From an uncultured cyanobacterium (GTDB lineage Bacteria; Cyanobacteriota; Cyanobacteriia; Phormidesmidales; Phormidesmidaceae), in NCBI GenBank assembly GCA_963793265.1, contig CAWBZI010000004.1:32001-96000 (forward strand): a stretch of 64,000 nucleotides of DNA, written 5' to 3'. Below are positions 1-10,492 of this stretch, one piece after another; the first letter of the stretch is position 1; the number at the start of each line of letters is the position of its first letter. Under the pieces are notes generated by a model, which saw only the letters and a list, made by a program, of their open reading frames with translations, ran no database searches and was not told where the DNA came from. Made by a program: the position numbers and the translations under genes.

Positions 1-257
1 CCGTAAGATCTACAGTCAAGTCTGATGAAGAGGTAAATTTAGCAACCGACATAAACTTACTAAAAGCTTCCTAGAGTAGAGGACAAAATAAATTAAAAGC
101 CAAACAAGAACGATAGAACAAATTATAAAACAGCAAAGCTAGACAAAAGTTCTAGCTTCAATATATAAAGATCATTTGTTGAATTGACAGCTTTTCAATC
201 ACTCTAGAGCCCCCAGCCGCCATACTGACGGTGCTTGTGCAGCTCTCGCATAGTAAT

Positions 258-272
258 TATGCAAAAAGCAAA
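258..272 (+). promoter_or_regulatory. Candidate NtcB (LysR-type) site upstream of nirA
   Basis: TATGCAAAAAGCAAA contains TGC-N5-GCA and fits T-N11-A, about 30 nt upstream of the NtcA box, the usual position in nirA promoters. Confidence 0.4.
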
Positions 273-299
273 ATTATTCATTCAAAATAGCGAATAACC

Positions 300-341
300 G
301 TATCGGATGATACAAAACGTTAAGTGAATCTTCCATATTGT
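300..341 (+). promoter_or_regulatory. NtcA-activated promoter of the nir operon
   Basis: GTA-TCGGATGA-TAC (300-313), exactly 22 nt, then TATTGT (TAN3T, 336-341): canonical class II NtcA promoter layout. Confidence 0.85.
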
Positions 342-553
342 GATGTCAACTCAACAGCAGATGAGTTGAACAAAACCCTAAGACGGTTCCTTATAAGCGT
401 GGTAGGTAGGTGCGTTTGTCGAATGCTTAAACGGTTTTTAATAAAAGCATCTACCCCTTTCTTCCACCGCCTAAATGAGAGGGTTTGAGAGCTACTTTTA
501 GTAGACCATTGCTAGGTTCGCGTTTTACACGGTTGTTAATAGTTGGGTACAGC

Positions 554-2125
554 ATGTCTACGACTCCAAGCGTTGCTGAAAAAGTAGAAAAGAAAGTAGA
601 AAAAAAGAACAAATTTGAGAAATACAAGGCCGAGAAAGACGGCCTAGCTGTTAAAGACGAGCTAGACAAGTTTGCTGAGATGGGTTGGGAAGCTGTCGAT
701 AAAACCGACCTCACCGGACGGCTAAAGTGGCTCGGTATCTTTTATCGCGAAGTCACCCCTGGCAAGTTCATGCTGCGCCTGCGGATGCCCAACGGCGTCA
801 TCACTAGCAGCCAAATGCGAATTCTTGCCGAAATTGTAGAGCGCTACGGCGACGACGGCTGCGCTGACATCACCACCCGCCAAAACCTCCAGCTCAGAGG
901 CGTCCGCCTAGAGGATATGCCCGGCATTTTCGAGCGTTTTAAGCAGGCCGATATCACCTCTATGCAATCAGGCATGGACAACGTGCGCAACATCACCGGC
1001 TCTCCAGTTGCAGGCATTGCCGCTACTGAGCTAATCGATACGCAAGAGCTAGTGCGCAAAGTCCAGGACATGATCACCAACAATGGTGAGGGCAACTACG
1101 ACTTCACTAACTTGCCTCGTAAGTTCAATATTGCTCTAGAAGGCAGTCGCGAAGACTCGATTCACTCTGAAATCAACGACATCGCCTTCATTCCTGCTTT
1201 TAAAGACGGTACGGAAGATTCAGAACTAGGCTTCAATGTAATCGTCGGTGGCTTCTTCTCAGCTCGGCGCTGCGATTCTGCGATTCCGCTTAACGCCTGG
1301 GTGCCTGCTGACGATACGGTCGTTGAAATTTGCCGGGCAATCCTTACGGTATTTCGCGACAACGGCTCACGCGGCAACCGCCAGCAAACCCGTCTGATGT
1401 GGCTGATTGAGGCGATGGGCTTAGAAGGGTTTCGCGCTGCGGTAGAAGCAGAAATGGGCCAAAAACTTGAGCCTGCTGCGCCTAGCGATGCCATTACTGA
1501 AGAAGACAAAAGCGATCACTTAGGCATTTACCCCCAAAAGCAGCCTGGGCTCAACTATGTAGGATTGCATGTCCCTGTTGGCCATATCTATGCCGAAGAC
1601 ATGACTGAATTTGCTCGCCTCGCTGAGGTGTACGGCAACGGCGAGATTCGCCTCACCGTAGAGCAAAACGTGATCATCCCTAATATTGCAGATGCCCGGC
1701 TAGAAGCCTTCTTGCAAGAAGAGCCCGTGCAAAAGTTCTCTATTGAACCCTCTACGCTGGTGCGCACTCAGGTGTCCTGCACAGGATCGCGGTTCTGCAA
1801 CTTCGCGCTGATAGAAACCAAACAGCGGGCCCATGCCCTAGCCCAAGCGCTAGACGCAATGCTAGACGTGCCCGAAAAAGTGCGAATGCATTGGACAGGC
1901 TGTCCTAATTCTTGCGGTCAGCCGCAGGTCGCTGACATTGGCTTTTTGGGCACTAAGGCTCGCAAGGATGGGAAGTCGGTAGAGGCAGTGGACATTTATA
2001 TGGGCGGCAAGGTGGGCAAACATGCTCAACTGGGCGATCGCGTCATGAAAGCCGTCCCTTGTGAAGACTTGCAGGAGGTTGTTTCTGGCCTGCTGAAAGA
2101 AAAATTTGGTGCGACAGCCAAATAG
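554..2125 (+). CDS. nirA: Ferredoxin-nitrite reductase
   Basis: RLKWLG, ITTRQN, NLPRKFN and the siroheme/4Fe-4S motifs CTGSRFCN and TGCPNSCG; ATG at 554 preferred over TTG at 485. Confidence 0.95.
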   Translation: MSTTPSVAEKVEKKVEKKNKFEKYKAEKDGLAVKDELDKFAEMGWEAVDKTDLTGRLKWLGIFYREVTPGKFMLRLRMPNGVITSSQMRILAEIVERYGDDGCADITTRQNLQLRGVRLEDMPGIFERFKQADITSMQSGMDNVRNITGSPVAGIAATELIDTQELVRKVQDMITNNGEGNYDFTNLPRKFNIALEGSREDSIHSEINDIAFIPAFKDGTEDSELGFNVIVGGFFSARRCDSAIPLNAWVPADDTVVEICRAILTVFRDNGSRGNRQQTRLMWLIEAMGLEGFRAAVEAEMGQKLEPAAPSDAITEEDKSDHLGIYPQKQPGLNYVGLHVPVGHIYAEDMTEFARLAEVYGNGEIRLTVEQNVIIPNIADARLEAFLQEEPVQKFSIEPSTLVRTQVSCTGSRFCNFALIETKQRAHALAQALDAMLDVPEKVRMHWTGCPNSCGQPQVADIGFLGTKARKDGKSVEAVDIYMGGKVGKHAQLGDRVMKAVPCEDLQEVVSGLLKEKFGATAK

Positions 2126-2313
2126 ACGTGCATATACCCCGGCCTGGCGGCTACCTTCGATCCTTTTGGAGGTGGGGTGCCGGGCCAAAAAAAGAAGCCC
2201 AGAGGCGGCAACCTTTGAGCTTCAGGCTAAAACACACTGCACTTGCAACGTTGGTTTTAAGAACCTGACATATCAAGTGCAACGCATATTTATACTTAGG
2301 AGCATAGCGCAAG

Positions 2314-3945
2314 ATGATCGGAGAGTTGTTTACAAAACCAACTCAGGGTAGGTATAAAATCCTTCACCTTACTTGGTTTGCGTTCTTTTTATCGTTCGTA
2401 GTCTGGTTTAATTTCCCGCCTTTTGCGACCACAATTGTTCAAGAGTTTGGCTTAACGCCTGCTCAGGCCGGTACGATCGGCCTTTGTAACGTAGCTTTAA
2501 CAGTTCCGGCCCGCGTCATTATCGGAATGCTGCTCGATAAGTACGGCCCTCGCTTAACCTATTCTGCCTTACTTATCTATTCCGCCATTCCCTGCCTAAT
2601 TTTTGCCACGGCAACAAGTTTTAATCAGCTTGTTATTGGCCGCTTGCTGATGGGTATCGTCGGCGCGGGGTTTGTCATTGGTATTCGGATGACGGCTGAG
2701 TGGTTCCCGCCTAAAGATGTTGGAACCGCTGAAGGTATCTACGGCGGCTGGGGCAACTTTGGCTCCGCGTTCAGCGCGTTTACCATGGTGCTGATTGGGA
2801 TGGCGCTAAGCTTTTTGCCAGGTGCCTTTCAGTTTCCTGAAGCGCAAAGCTTTAACGTGCTAGGCATTGGCTTTAGTAGCGATGTGCTGAACTGGAGAGC
2901 TGCGATCGCAGGCTCTGGTATCATCGCCGCTCTCTACGGCTGTTTCTACTACTTCAACGTTACCGATACGCCCCCCGGCAAAGTTTACCGCAAGCCCAAA
3001 AGTGCGCGCGGCATGGAAGTCACCACCGTTCGCGACTTCTGGTTCCTGATGGGAATGAACATTCCTTTAACGGCCATTTTGATGGTGCTTGCCTGGCGCT
3101 TAACTAAAGTCAACTTCATCTCCATTCCGGTGATGTACATCGTTTGGCTTGGTCTATTAGGTCTTTATGCGTTCCAGTCTTACAACTGCTGGGCTGTGAA
3201 CAAAGAATTGCTGGCAGGCCGCAAGCGCTATACCGCTGAAGACCGCTATCGATTTAAGCAAGTAGCCCTGCTAGAGCTAACTTATATTGTGAACTTCGGC
3301 TCTGAGCTAGCTGTAGTTTCTATTCTGCCTGCATTCTTTGAAGGAACCTTTGGCCTAGACAAAGCAACCGCCGGTATGATCGCGGCAAGCTACGCATTCA
3401 TGAACCTAGTGTCTCGTCCTGGCGGCGGCATCATCTCTGACTCTGTGGGTAGCCGTAAATGGACAATGACCGTTTTACTAGGCGGAATGGGCATTGGCTA
3501 CCTAATCTTCAGCATGGTGGGTAGCAGCTGGTCGCTTCCTCTAGCGGTTCTACTTGTGATGGTTTGCTCTTTCTTTGTACAGGCCGCAGAAGGTGCAACC
3601 TTCGCCCTAGTACCGCTGGTCAAGTCTCGTATTACAGGGCAAGTTGCCGGTAACGTAGGCGCATACGGTAACGTTGGGGCAGTAGCCTATCTCACTATCT
3701 TGCTACTGCTCAAAGAAGCGCTTGTCCCTGCTGGTGACGGCATTGATCCAGCCTTGGTAGCAGCCGGAACAGCCGCCGCTAACTCCGCTTTCTTCCAAGT
3801 TCTAGGCGTTGCCGGGCTAGTTGTGGCCTTCCTATGTGCGTTCTTCCTCGACGAGCCGAAGAACTCCTTTGCTGACGCTCACGAAACCGATGCGGAAGAT
3901 TTGGCTGTTCCTGTAGCACCGGGTAGTCCCTCTGTAATGAGCTAA
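2314..3945 (+). CDS. nrtP: MFS nitrate/nitrite transporter (NrtP/NapA, NarK family)
   Basis: Multi-TM MFS protein with nitrate signature AEGIYGGWGNFG; lies between nirA and narB. Confidence 0.92.
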   Translation: MIGELFTKPTQGRYKILHLTWFAFFLSFVVWFNFPPFATTIVQEFGLTPAQAGTIGLCNVALTVPARVIIGMLLDKYGPRLTYSALLIYSAIPCLIFATATSFNQLVIGRLLMGIVGAGFVIGIRMTAEWFPPKDVGTAEGIYGGWGNFGSAFSAFTMVLIGMALSFLPGAFQFPEAQSFNVLGIGFSSDVLNWRAAIAGSGIIAALYGCFYYFNVTDTPPGKVYRKPKSARGMEVTTVRDFWFLMGMNIPLTAILMVLAWRLTKVNFISIPVMYIVWLGLLGLYAFQSYNCWAVNKELLAGRKRYTAEDRYRFKQVALLELTYIVNFGSELAVVSILPAFFEGTFGLDKATAGMIAASYAFMNLVSRPGGGIISDSVGSRKWTMTVLLGGMGIGYLIFSMVGSSWSLPLAVLLVMVCSFFVQAAEGATFALVPLVKSRITGQVAGNVGAYGNVGAVAYLTILLLLKEALVPAGDGIDPALVAAGTAAANSAFFQVLGVAGLVVAFLCAFFLDEPKNSFADAHETDAEDLAVPVAPGSPSVMS

Positions 3946-4012
3946 GGCGCAGATTCGTTTTTCTTAAGTAAGTACGATGTGATTGCTTTTCAATAGCAGG
4001 TACTTACTGAAT

Positions 4013-4048
4013 CGATAGGGAGCGCTATTTTGCTCCCTATCGTTTTTT
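4013..4048 (+). terminator. Intrinsic terminator-like hairpin between nrtP and narB
   Basis: CGATAGGGAGC-N8-GCTCCCTATCG perfect 11-bp stem followed by TTTTTT. Confidence 0.75.
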
Positions 4049-4094
4049 GTAGCTCAGGCTTTTTACGGCGCATCTTTACTTAAGGGAGGTTTTT

Positions 4095-6365
4095 ATGCCA
4101 CTTTCACCCCAAGTACTCTCAGATAAGACCATGTGTCCTTACTGCGGTGTGGGCTGTGGTTTAGAAGTATTCCCGCCAGCTCGCAAAGGCCGAGGTGTGA
4201 CCCGCGACAGCGAAGGCAGACCCATTTGGCAGGCTGTCGGTAACAAGGCCCACCCTTCCAGCAAAGGGCAGGTTTGTATTAAAGGCGCTTCTGTAGGCGA
4301 GTCGTTGAACAAAGACCGGCTAAAAGTGCCGATGATGCGCGAATCTTTAGACGTGCCTTTCGTAGAAGTAAGCTGGGAAGACGCCTTCAGCCGTATCACT
4401 TCAGAAATTCAAAAGTCCATCGCTCAGCGCGGCCCCGATTCAATTTGTATGTATGGCTCCGGCCAGTTTCAAACCGAAGACTACTACACCGCCCAAAAGC
4501 TCGTAAAGGGATGCATTGGCACTAACAACTTCGATGCCAACTCCCGTCTGTGTATGTCTTCAGCGGTCGCAGGCTACATCCAAAGCTTCGGCTCTGATGG
4601 CCCGCCTTGCTGCTACGAAGATTTAGAAACAACAGACTGTGCTTTTTTAATTGGCACCAACACCGCCGAATGCCACCCGATTATCTTTAACCGGCTCAAG
4701 AAGCACCATAAAAAGAACAAAGCCGTCAAAATGATCGTGGTCGATCCGCGTCGAACCGCGACCGCTAAAGACGCCGATCTGCATTTGCCGATTAAGCCTG
4801 GCACAGACATTGCCTTGCTCAATGGAATTGCTCATCTGCTAATCCGATGGGGCAAGCACGACCCCTTGTTCATTGACTACTGCACCGATGGCTTTGCCGA
4901 CTACGCGCAGGTGGTGAGCCAGTATCCGCCAGATAGAGTGGCCGAGATTTGTGGTATTTCTCAAGCTGAAGTAGAGACGGCGGCGCGGATGTGGGCGGAC
5001 TCTGCGCGGGTGCTATCGCTGTGGTCGATGGGCGTGAACCAATCGACAGAAGGCACCGCGAAAGTTCGTACGATTATTAATTTGCACCTGATGACCGGAA
5101 ACATTGGGCGTCCTGGTGCCGGGCCGTTTTCATTGACCGGACAGCCCAATGCGATGGGTGGGCGCGAGGCGGGCGGGCTAGCTCATATTTTGCCAGGCTA
5201 CCGGCTGATCAAAAATCCTGAACACCGGGCCGTGGTGGAGAGGGTTTGGCAATTGCCGCCGGGTAGCATTTCGCCTGATCCGGGGCTGGCCGCCTGGGAT
5301 ATGATGCTGGCTTTGGAGCAGGAGCAGGTCGGGGTGATGTGGATTGCCGCGACCAATCCTGCTGTGAGTATGCCAGATATTGCGCGGACGAAAGCGGCTT
5401 TGCTTAAGTCGCCATTCACTATTTGTCAGGATGCTTACTATCCGATTGAAACAGCCGCCTACGCGCATGTGGTACTGCCTGCGGCACAGTGGGGCGAGGC
5501 TACTGGCACTATGACCAACTCAGAGCGCGTGGTAACGCTGTGTCCGGCGTTTCGCGCCCCGGTTGGCCAGGCCAAAGCAGACTGGGAGATTTTTGCAGAA
5601 GTCGGGCGCAGGTTAGGCTTTAAAGAGCAGTTTAGCTTTGCAGATTCAGCAGCGGTGTATGACGAGTTTGTAGGGCTCACTGCCGGGCGGCTGTGCGATA
5701 TGAGCGGGCTTAGTCATGAGCGACTCGCGATCGCTGGCCCGATTCAATGGCCCATCCCGATCTGCGAAACCGCCGCCACCGCCGCTACCAAGTTTGACAA
5801 GCGTCTGTACACCGACTTTCAATTTCCTACCGAAAATAGCCGTGCCAAGTTCGCTGCCTTTCACGTCAAAGGCTTAGCTGAACCGCCCGATCAGGCATTT
5901 CCGATGGTGCTCACGACCGGGCGACTGCTGGGGCACTGGCACACCCAAACGCGAACCGGGCGAATTGAGAAAATTGCCAAGAAGTATTCGCAGCCGACGC
6001 TAGAAGTTAATCCGAGGGATGCACAGAAATTGGAGTTGCAGTCAGGAGATTGGGTAGAGGTGCGATCGCGTAGAGGCTTTGCCCATCTTCCTATCCTGGT
6101 CACCCAAAACATCGCCCGAGGTACCGTTTTCATGCCGATGCACTGGGGCTTTTTGTGGGCCAAAAACATCGAAGTCAACTCACTCACCCATCCCGAGGTA
6201 TGCCCGATTTCACTAGAGCCCGAGCTAAAAGCCTGCGCCGTACAGCTCACACCTATCGCCATGCAGCCAGCCACCGTTCGGCCGACCACCGCCGAACAAA
6301 TTATGGCAATGGTGCAGCCGACTCAGGCTGTTGCTAAGCAACCCGTGAGCGTCGGTCAAAGTTAA
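4095..6365 (+). CDS. narB: Ferredoxin-nitrate reductase (Mo-bisPGD)
   Basis: CPYCGVGCG 4Fe-4S motif, [25 protein letters not shown]...HWHTQTRT. Confidence 0.95.
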   Translation: MPLSPQVLSDKTMCPYCGVGCGLEVFPPARKGRGVTRDSEGRPIWQAVGNKAHPSSKGQVCIKGASVGESLNKDRLKVPMMRESLDVPFVEVSWEDAFSRITSEIQKSIAQRGPDSICMYGSGQFQTEDYYTAQKLVKGCIGTNNFDANSRLCMSSAVAGYIQSFGSDGPPCCYEDLETTDCAFLIGTNTAECHPIIFNRLKKHHKKNKAVKMIVVDPRRTATAKDADLHLPIKPGTDIALLNGIAHLLIRWGKHDPLFIDYCTDGFADYAQVVSQYPPDRVAEICGISQAEVETAARMWADSARVLSLWSMGVNQSTEGTAKVRTIINLHLMTGNIGRPGAGPFSLTGQPNAMGGREAGGLAHILPGYRLIKNPEHRAVVERVWQLPPGSISPDPGLAAWDMMLALEQEQVGVMWIAATNPAVSMPDIARTKAALLKSPFTICQDAYYPIETAAYAHVVLPAAQWGEATGTMTNSERVVTLCPAFRAPVGQAKADWEIFAEVGRRLGFKEQFSFADSAAVYDEFVGLTAGRLCDMSGLSHERLAIAGPIQWPIPICETAATAATKFDKRLYTDFQFPTENSRAKFAAFHVKGLAEPPDQAFPMVLTTGRLLGHWHTQTRTGRIEKIAKKYSQPTLEVNPRDAQKLELQSGDWVEVRSRRGFAHLPILVTQNIARGTVFMPMHWGFLWAKNIEVNSLTHPEVCPISLEPELKACAVQLTPIAMQPATVRPTTAEQIMAMVQPTQAVAKQPVSVGQS

Positions 6366-6388
6366 TGCGCTAGCCGTGACCTTGTAGT

Positions 6389-6895
6389 ATGAATAAGTAC
6401 TCAGCGGGAGTGTACAGCGGTGTGGGTAAACGACTGGTTAGATTTCTTCGTCACCATCTCAGCGATGAAGGGTTTTTAGTCAATTTAGAACGATTTGAAG
6501 GGCTCGTTTCTAAGCTGCTTTCGATTGCGATGGTGATGGTCATTATCGTTGTCGCAATCGATTTGGTGATGTATCTGAGCGTTTATCTAGGCCAAGAAAT
6601 TTTGAACGTGGGCGATCGCGATCCCATCGTATTTTTTGGCGAAACGCTGCTCGACATTTTTGGTCTATTCCTTAGTGTACTCATCGCCCTAGAGATCTTA
6701 GAAAATATCACTGCCTACCTCAAAAAGCATGTCGTGCAAGTAGAGCTAGTGATTGTGACTTCACTGACAGCCGTGGCCCGTAAGATCATCATTCTGGACT
6801 TGAAGGAAGTCTCGGGTGTGAGTTTGATTGGACTGGCGATCGCAATTCTCTCCCTATCTATTAGCTATTACATCGTCAGAGACATTCACACTTAA
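6389..6895 (+). CDS. PsiE-family membrane protein
   Basis: Four hydrophobic segments with LIALEILENIT..Y and AVARKIIILD motifs. Confidence 0.75.
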   Translation: MNKYSAGVYSGVGKRLVRFLRHHLSDEGFLVNLERFEGLVSKLLSIAMVMVIIVVAIDLVMYLSVYLGQEILNVGDRDPIVFFGETLLDIFGLFLSVLIALEILENITAYLKKHVVQVELVIVTSLTAVARKIIILDLKEVSGVSLIGLAIAILSLSISYYIVRDIHT

Positions 6896-7218
6896 GCCTT
6901 CGCGCCAGACTCAGCACTACTGCGATGTAGCCTGTCAAGCACGCGCTTAACCGAAATTCGTTTCCACTGCTGGCCTCTTTTAGTCGTATAGCCTTTCGCG
7001 TTGAGCCAGTTAGCAATTTGCTGCAGGGACTTCTCTAACTGGTGATGATGAGAAATCAGCGCAATCACCTGCTGCTCCTGTTCATCTCTCACAAGCTGGC
7101 CGTTCACCGTGCGCTCACCATAAGGCGGCGAGCCATAACCTGCATAGCCGCCCTGCGCAGCTTTGGCTCTGCGACCAGCCTCTAATCTTTGCCAGGTAGG
7201 ATTGGGTTCTGAATTCAT
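6892..7218 (-). CDS. Stand-alone recombinase (large serine recombinase DNA-binding) domain protein
   Basis: GGYAGYGSPPYG...EQQVIALI...SLQQIANWLNAKGYTTKRGQQW..ISVKRVL pattern; no catalytic resolvase domain. Confidence 0.7.
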   Translation of the reverse strand: MNSEPNPTWQRLEAGRRAKAAQGGYAGYGSPPYGERTVNGQLVRDEQEQQVIALISHHHQLEKSLQQIANWLNAKGYTTKRGQQWKRISVKRVLDRLHRSSAESGAKA

Positions 7219-7361
7219 TGCCTAATAATCGGTGGGACGGCTTAAGTAATTTGCCGTGCCTGTTTTACGTATTTCCAGCAGCATAGAAGGATACGACGCA
7301 TGACCTATCTGTCCTCAGATAGCTCTTAAAGTCTTTCTTTGGATAGCTCTTTATAGCCCAA

Positions 7362-8051
7362 TCAACCTTCAACAGCCCAAGTCGCCACCGGCAAGCTCGC
7401 CCCGCTTAGCCCGCGCACAATCCGATCTTCACAAGGCTCTAGCACCCCATCTGCATCAGCAAACACCACAAACAGCGGATGCGGCGTTTCTGTCCCTTCG
7501 GCTAGCAAATGTCGATGCTTTCTCGGCATTACCCACTCCACACCCTGCCCCAGCTCTACCTGAGTCTGCCGCCAGCGCATCAGTAAATCAGACAGCTCCT
7601 CACCGGGCCGCTGAATAAATAGCACAATCTCAATCCCCGTTTTAATTTTCCACTCGGGGTCACACATCATCAGTGCCACATCGCATGGAAGCTGGCGGAT
7701 ACGGTAGCGCGTGTCGATAATGCCGCTCGTCTCTGACGTCTCACGGCTGCGCACATTTGGCAGTGGAACAGCGACCATGCTTTGATCGGGGCGTCGAACG
7801 CTAGGAAGCGCCTCGAAGTAGGGGCGGTGCTGCATTAAAACAGACAAAATACCGTCGTAGTGACAGCATTCTGCTAATAACGCTTCATAGGCGGTGCGCT
7901 GCCAGCGATATATCTGCTCGTCCGTCTCTGAGTCATCGGGGGCGATGTCGCTGGGTGCTATAGATGCCATGGTCTGCTGATTTTTAGCCAGTTGTCTAAC
8001 GGTGCTAGTTTGCCCAGGCAAGACCTGTAGCGGCCTGATCTGAGGCATCAC
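7362..8051 (-). CDS. Hypothetical protein, coupled to fmt
   Basis: 229-aa ORF whose start overlaps the fmt stop; LPCDVALMMCDPEWKIKTG resembles a conserved cyanobacterial family. Confidence 0.7.
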   Translation of the reverse strand: MMPQIRPLQVLPGQTSTVRQLAKNQQTMASIAPSDIAPDDSETDEQIYRWQRTAYEALLAECCHYDGILSVLMQHRPYFEALPSVRRPDQSMVAVPLPNVRSRETSETSGIIDTRYRIRQLPCDVALMMCDPEWKIKTGIEIVLFIQRPGEELSDLLMRWRQTQVELGQGVEWVMPRKHRHLLAEGTETPHPLFVVFADADGVLEPCEDRIVRGLSGASLPVATWAVEG

Positions 8052-9076
8052 GAAGCGATTGATTCGCCTACCTGCTCGCCTACCTCTACGCGGCTACCGT
8101 TCGCAAAATCCCAGCCTGACAGCGTTTTTTTGCCTGCTGGCTTTACTTCATGCAACAGCAGATGACCGTTGCCGGTTTGAACAATGGGGCCGTAGTTTTT
8201 AAGGATGGCAATTAGGGTGCCGGGCAAGCTTTCTTGACTGAGGGTGGTTGAGTTGCAGGCTGATTCGTAAAGCGATCGCATCTCCCCCAGCTCATCTGGC
8301 AGCTCATTCCAATACGCCTCACCCACTGGCACCGTCGCGATCACCTTCAGAGAATTCTCTCGAAACTGAGTTACGCAGTTGGGGTAAAAGCCGCGCACCT
8401 GATCGTGAAGCGCCTTGGCACTTTTACGCCAGTCTAGTAAATAGTCTTCTTTATTGATGAGCGGGGCGTAGGTGGCGCGATCGCTATCCTGCGACTTAGG
8501 CTGAATCGTCTGCTGCTCCAAAGCTTGCAAAGTCTTAGGCAACAAAGACGCACTCATTTGAGACAGTTTTTCAGCCACCTGCCAGGCGTTATCCAGCAGC
8601 CCAATCGGTACCGTTTCAATCATCAGCATTGGGCCAGTGTCCATACCCGCATCCATCAGCATCGTCGTTACGCCCGTTTTAACTTCGCCCTTATACAGAC
8701 ACCATTGAATCGGCGCGGCCCCACGATATTCCGGCAAAATTGAGCCATGAGCATTCACGCAGCCCAAGCGCGGCATATCCAAAATCTCCTGCGAAAGAAT
8801 TTGACCGTAGGCAATCACTACAAAAGCATCCGCGTCTAAAGCTTTCAGCTTAGCGAGGGTATCAGGGTCTTTTTTGATGCGAGCCGGTTGCCAAACAGGA
8901 ATAGCTTTATCAGCTTCAGCCGCCGCTTTGACAGGCGTTGGTGTTACTTTACCGCCGCGACCTCGACGCTTATCGGGCTGAGTGACTACAGCAAGCACCT
9001 CAAAATTAGGGTGATCAAGCAGGTGTTGAAGGCTCGGAACGGCAAATTGGGGCGTGCCGAAAAAAACAATTTTCAT
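8048..9076 (-). CDS. fmt: Methionyl-tRNA formyltransferase
   Basis: MKIVFFGTPQFA, VTQPDKRRGRG, NAHGSILPEYRGAAPIQ, MDAGMDTG. Confidence 0.95.
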   Translation of the reverse strand: MKIVFFGTPQFAVPSLQHLLDHPNFEVLAVVTQPDKRRGRGGKVTPTPVKAAAEADKAIPVWQPARIKKDPDTLAKLKALDADAFVVIAYGQILSQEILDMPRLGCVNAHGSILPEYRGAAPIQWCLYKGEVKTGVTTMLMDAGMDTGPMLMIETVPIGLLDNAWQVAEKLSQMSASLLPKTLQALEQQTIQPKSQDSDRATYAPLINKEDYLLDWRKSAKALHDQVRGFYPNCVTQFRENSLKVIATVPVGEAYWNELPDELGEMRSLYESACNSTTLSQESLPGTLIAILKNYGPIVQTGNGHLLLHEVKPAGKKTLSGWDFANGSRVEVGEQVGESIAS

Positions 9077-9097
9077 AACAATCTGAATAGTGGTCAG

Positions 9098-10462
9098 TTA
9101 GCGGGTATCTACAAGTATTTCAATGCGCCGGTTGCGCTGCCTGCCTGTGTCTTCATCGTTGCTCTCCACCGGCAGAGACTGACCGCCGCCCACTGCAACC
9201 CAGCGATAAGTGCCCGGCAAAGATGCCTTTAGATAAACGCTTAAAGCATTCGCCTGAGCCAGCGTATAGTCTCGGCTGTCGCTGGGAGTCGCCTGATCGT
9301 CACTGTAGCTACGAACCACAATAGTTGACTCAGGATAGTTCACTAGCTGGTCTAATACTTGCTTAAGCAGTGCGTTTTCCTTCAGCTCGCTTTGCCCCGG
9401 ACTGAACAAGGCGTCGCTGGGCAGCGTGATTCGGAGCCTAGCAACGTCTAGCAGCGTATCGTTTGGATCTATCGGCGTGGGTGTGTAGTCGTCAGGGTTG
9501 AGGGGCGATCGCACGGGTGGATCAATCGCCGTCCGCAGCGAATTCAGCCGATTATCAATATCTGCTCCCTCATAAGGTGGCCTGCCTAACTGCTGCTCTA
9601 GCGTCTCCATTCGCCGATCTAGCGTCAGAATCTCTGTCTCAATCGAATTTAGCTCATCAATCAACGGCTGGCGTTCAATCGGAGAAAGCTCAACAGGCTC
9701 AATCACAGGGCCGGTATTCGGCAGTGGAATCGCTTCAATTCGCGTTTCAACCGTAGGCGTTTGCCAGAGCTGCCCGATGTGAAAAAGGCGGCTAGTTAAG
9801 CGACTGGATTTTCGTAAAAAAGCTTCTTGCAAAGGCGGTTTTTCAAAGTTACCAGGCAGAAATTGGGCAACTAAGAGGCCAAAGAGCCAGGCTGTTGTGA
9901 CAGTGCCGCTGAAGGCTGCAAGGTGAGCGATCGCTAAATAAGGCTGCTTTTGCCACCAGGCTTTCGGTATTGGCTGTGGCAGTGGAGCCGGAACAAACAC
10001 CGTAGTGCCATCTACCGGATTGACCACATACTGACCTAGCTCTCCGGTAGGCCCAACCGATTGCCCAGCCGGTTGCCCGGCCTGCTGATAGTCTGATAGC
10101 GCCTCGGGTTGAGCAACTTCCTTCTTAGACCAGGGCCAGCGAATGCCTTTTTTTTCCTGAGGCGGCGTTAGCGGTACTGGTGGCTGAAGCGTAGTAACAG
10201 GCGTTGGAATAGAAGTAGGCGCACCGCCAGCACGGCTATCCCCAGCCGAAAAAAAGGGTACTGAAGTCGGCCCTTTCTCAGGAACCTCGTCCGAAATTAG
10301 CCGATCTTCGTCATAGCGATCGAGTTCGTCGTAAGGATTCGTCTCTCGGCTGAGTATCGGTCGCCCAGAGCTACTACCAGCGCTATTGCCAAAGTCATCA
10401 GCAGAACTATCACCAGAGAGATCGCCTATACCCGTATCTCTCAACTCTGGCCCATCGGCCAT
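9098..10462 (-). CDS. Membrane protein with C-terminal OmpA-like domain
   Basis: Disordered N-terminus, one TM segment, coiled coil, then LPSDALFSPG and GRQRNRRIEI. Confidence 0.8.
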   Translation of the reverse strand: MADGPELRDTGIGDLSGDSSADDFGNSAGSSSGRPILSRETNPYDELDRYDEDRLISDEVPEKGPTSVPFFSAGDSRAGGAPTSIPTPVTTLQPPVPLTPPQEKKGIRWPWSKKEVAQPEALSDYQQAGQPAGQSVGPTGELGQYVVNPVDGTTVFVPAPLPQPIPKAWWQKQPYLAIAHLAAFSGTVTTAWLFGLLVAQFLPGNFEKPPLQEAFLRKSSRLTSRLFHIGQLWQTPTVETRIEAIPLPNTGPVIEPVELSPIERQPLIDELNSIETEILTLDRRMETLEQQLGRPPYEGADIDNRLNSLRTAIDPPVRSPLNPDDYTPTPIDPNDTLLDVARLRITLPSDALFSPGQSELKENALLKQVLDQLVNYPESTIVVRSYSDDQATPSDSRDYTLAQANALSVYLKASLPGTYRWVAVGGGQSLPVESNDEDTGRQRNRRIEILVDTR

Positions 10463-10492
10463 AAGCTGGCCTCCTGTTAATCACAGCCCGCT

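Noticed and set aside
485..553. TTG-initiated N-terminal extension of nirA
   Set aside because: NirA-like sequence begins after ATG 554; the extension looks like leader sequence
2106..2351. 81-aa ORF between nirA and nrtP
   Set aside because: Overlaps both neighbours and does not resemble cyanase or other nir-operon proteins
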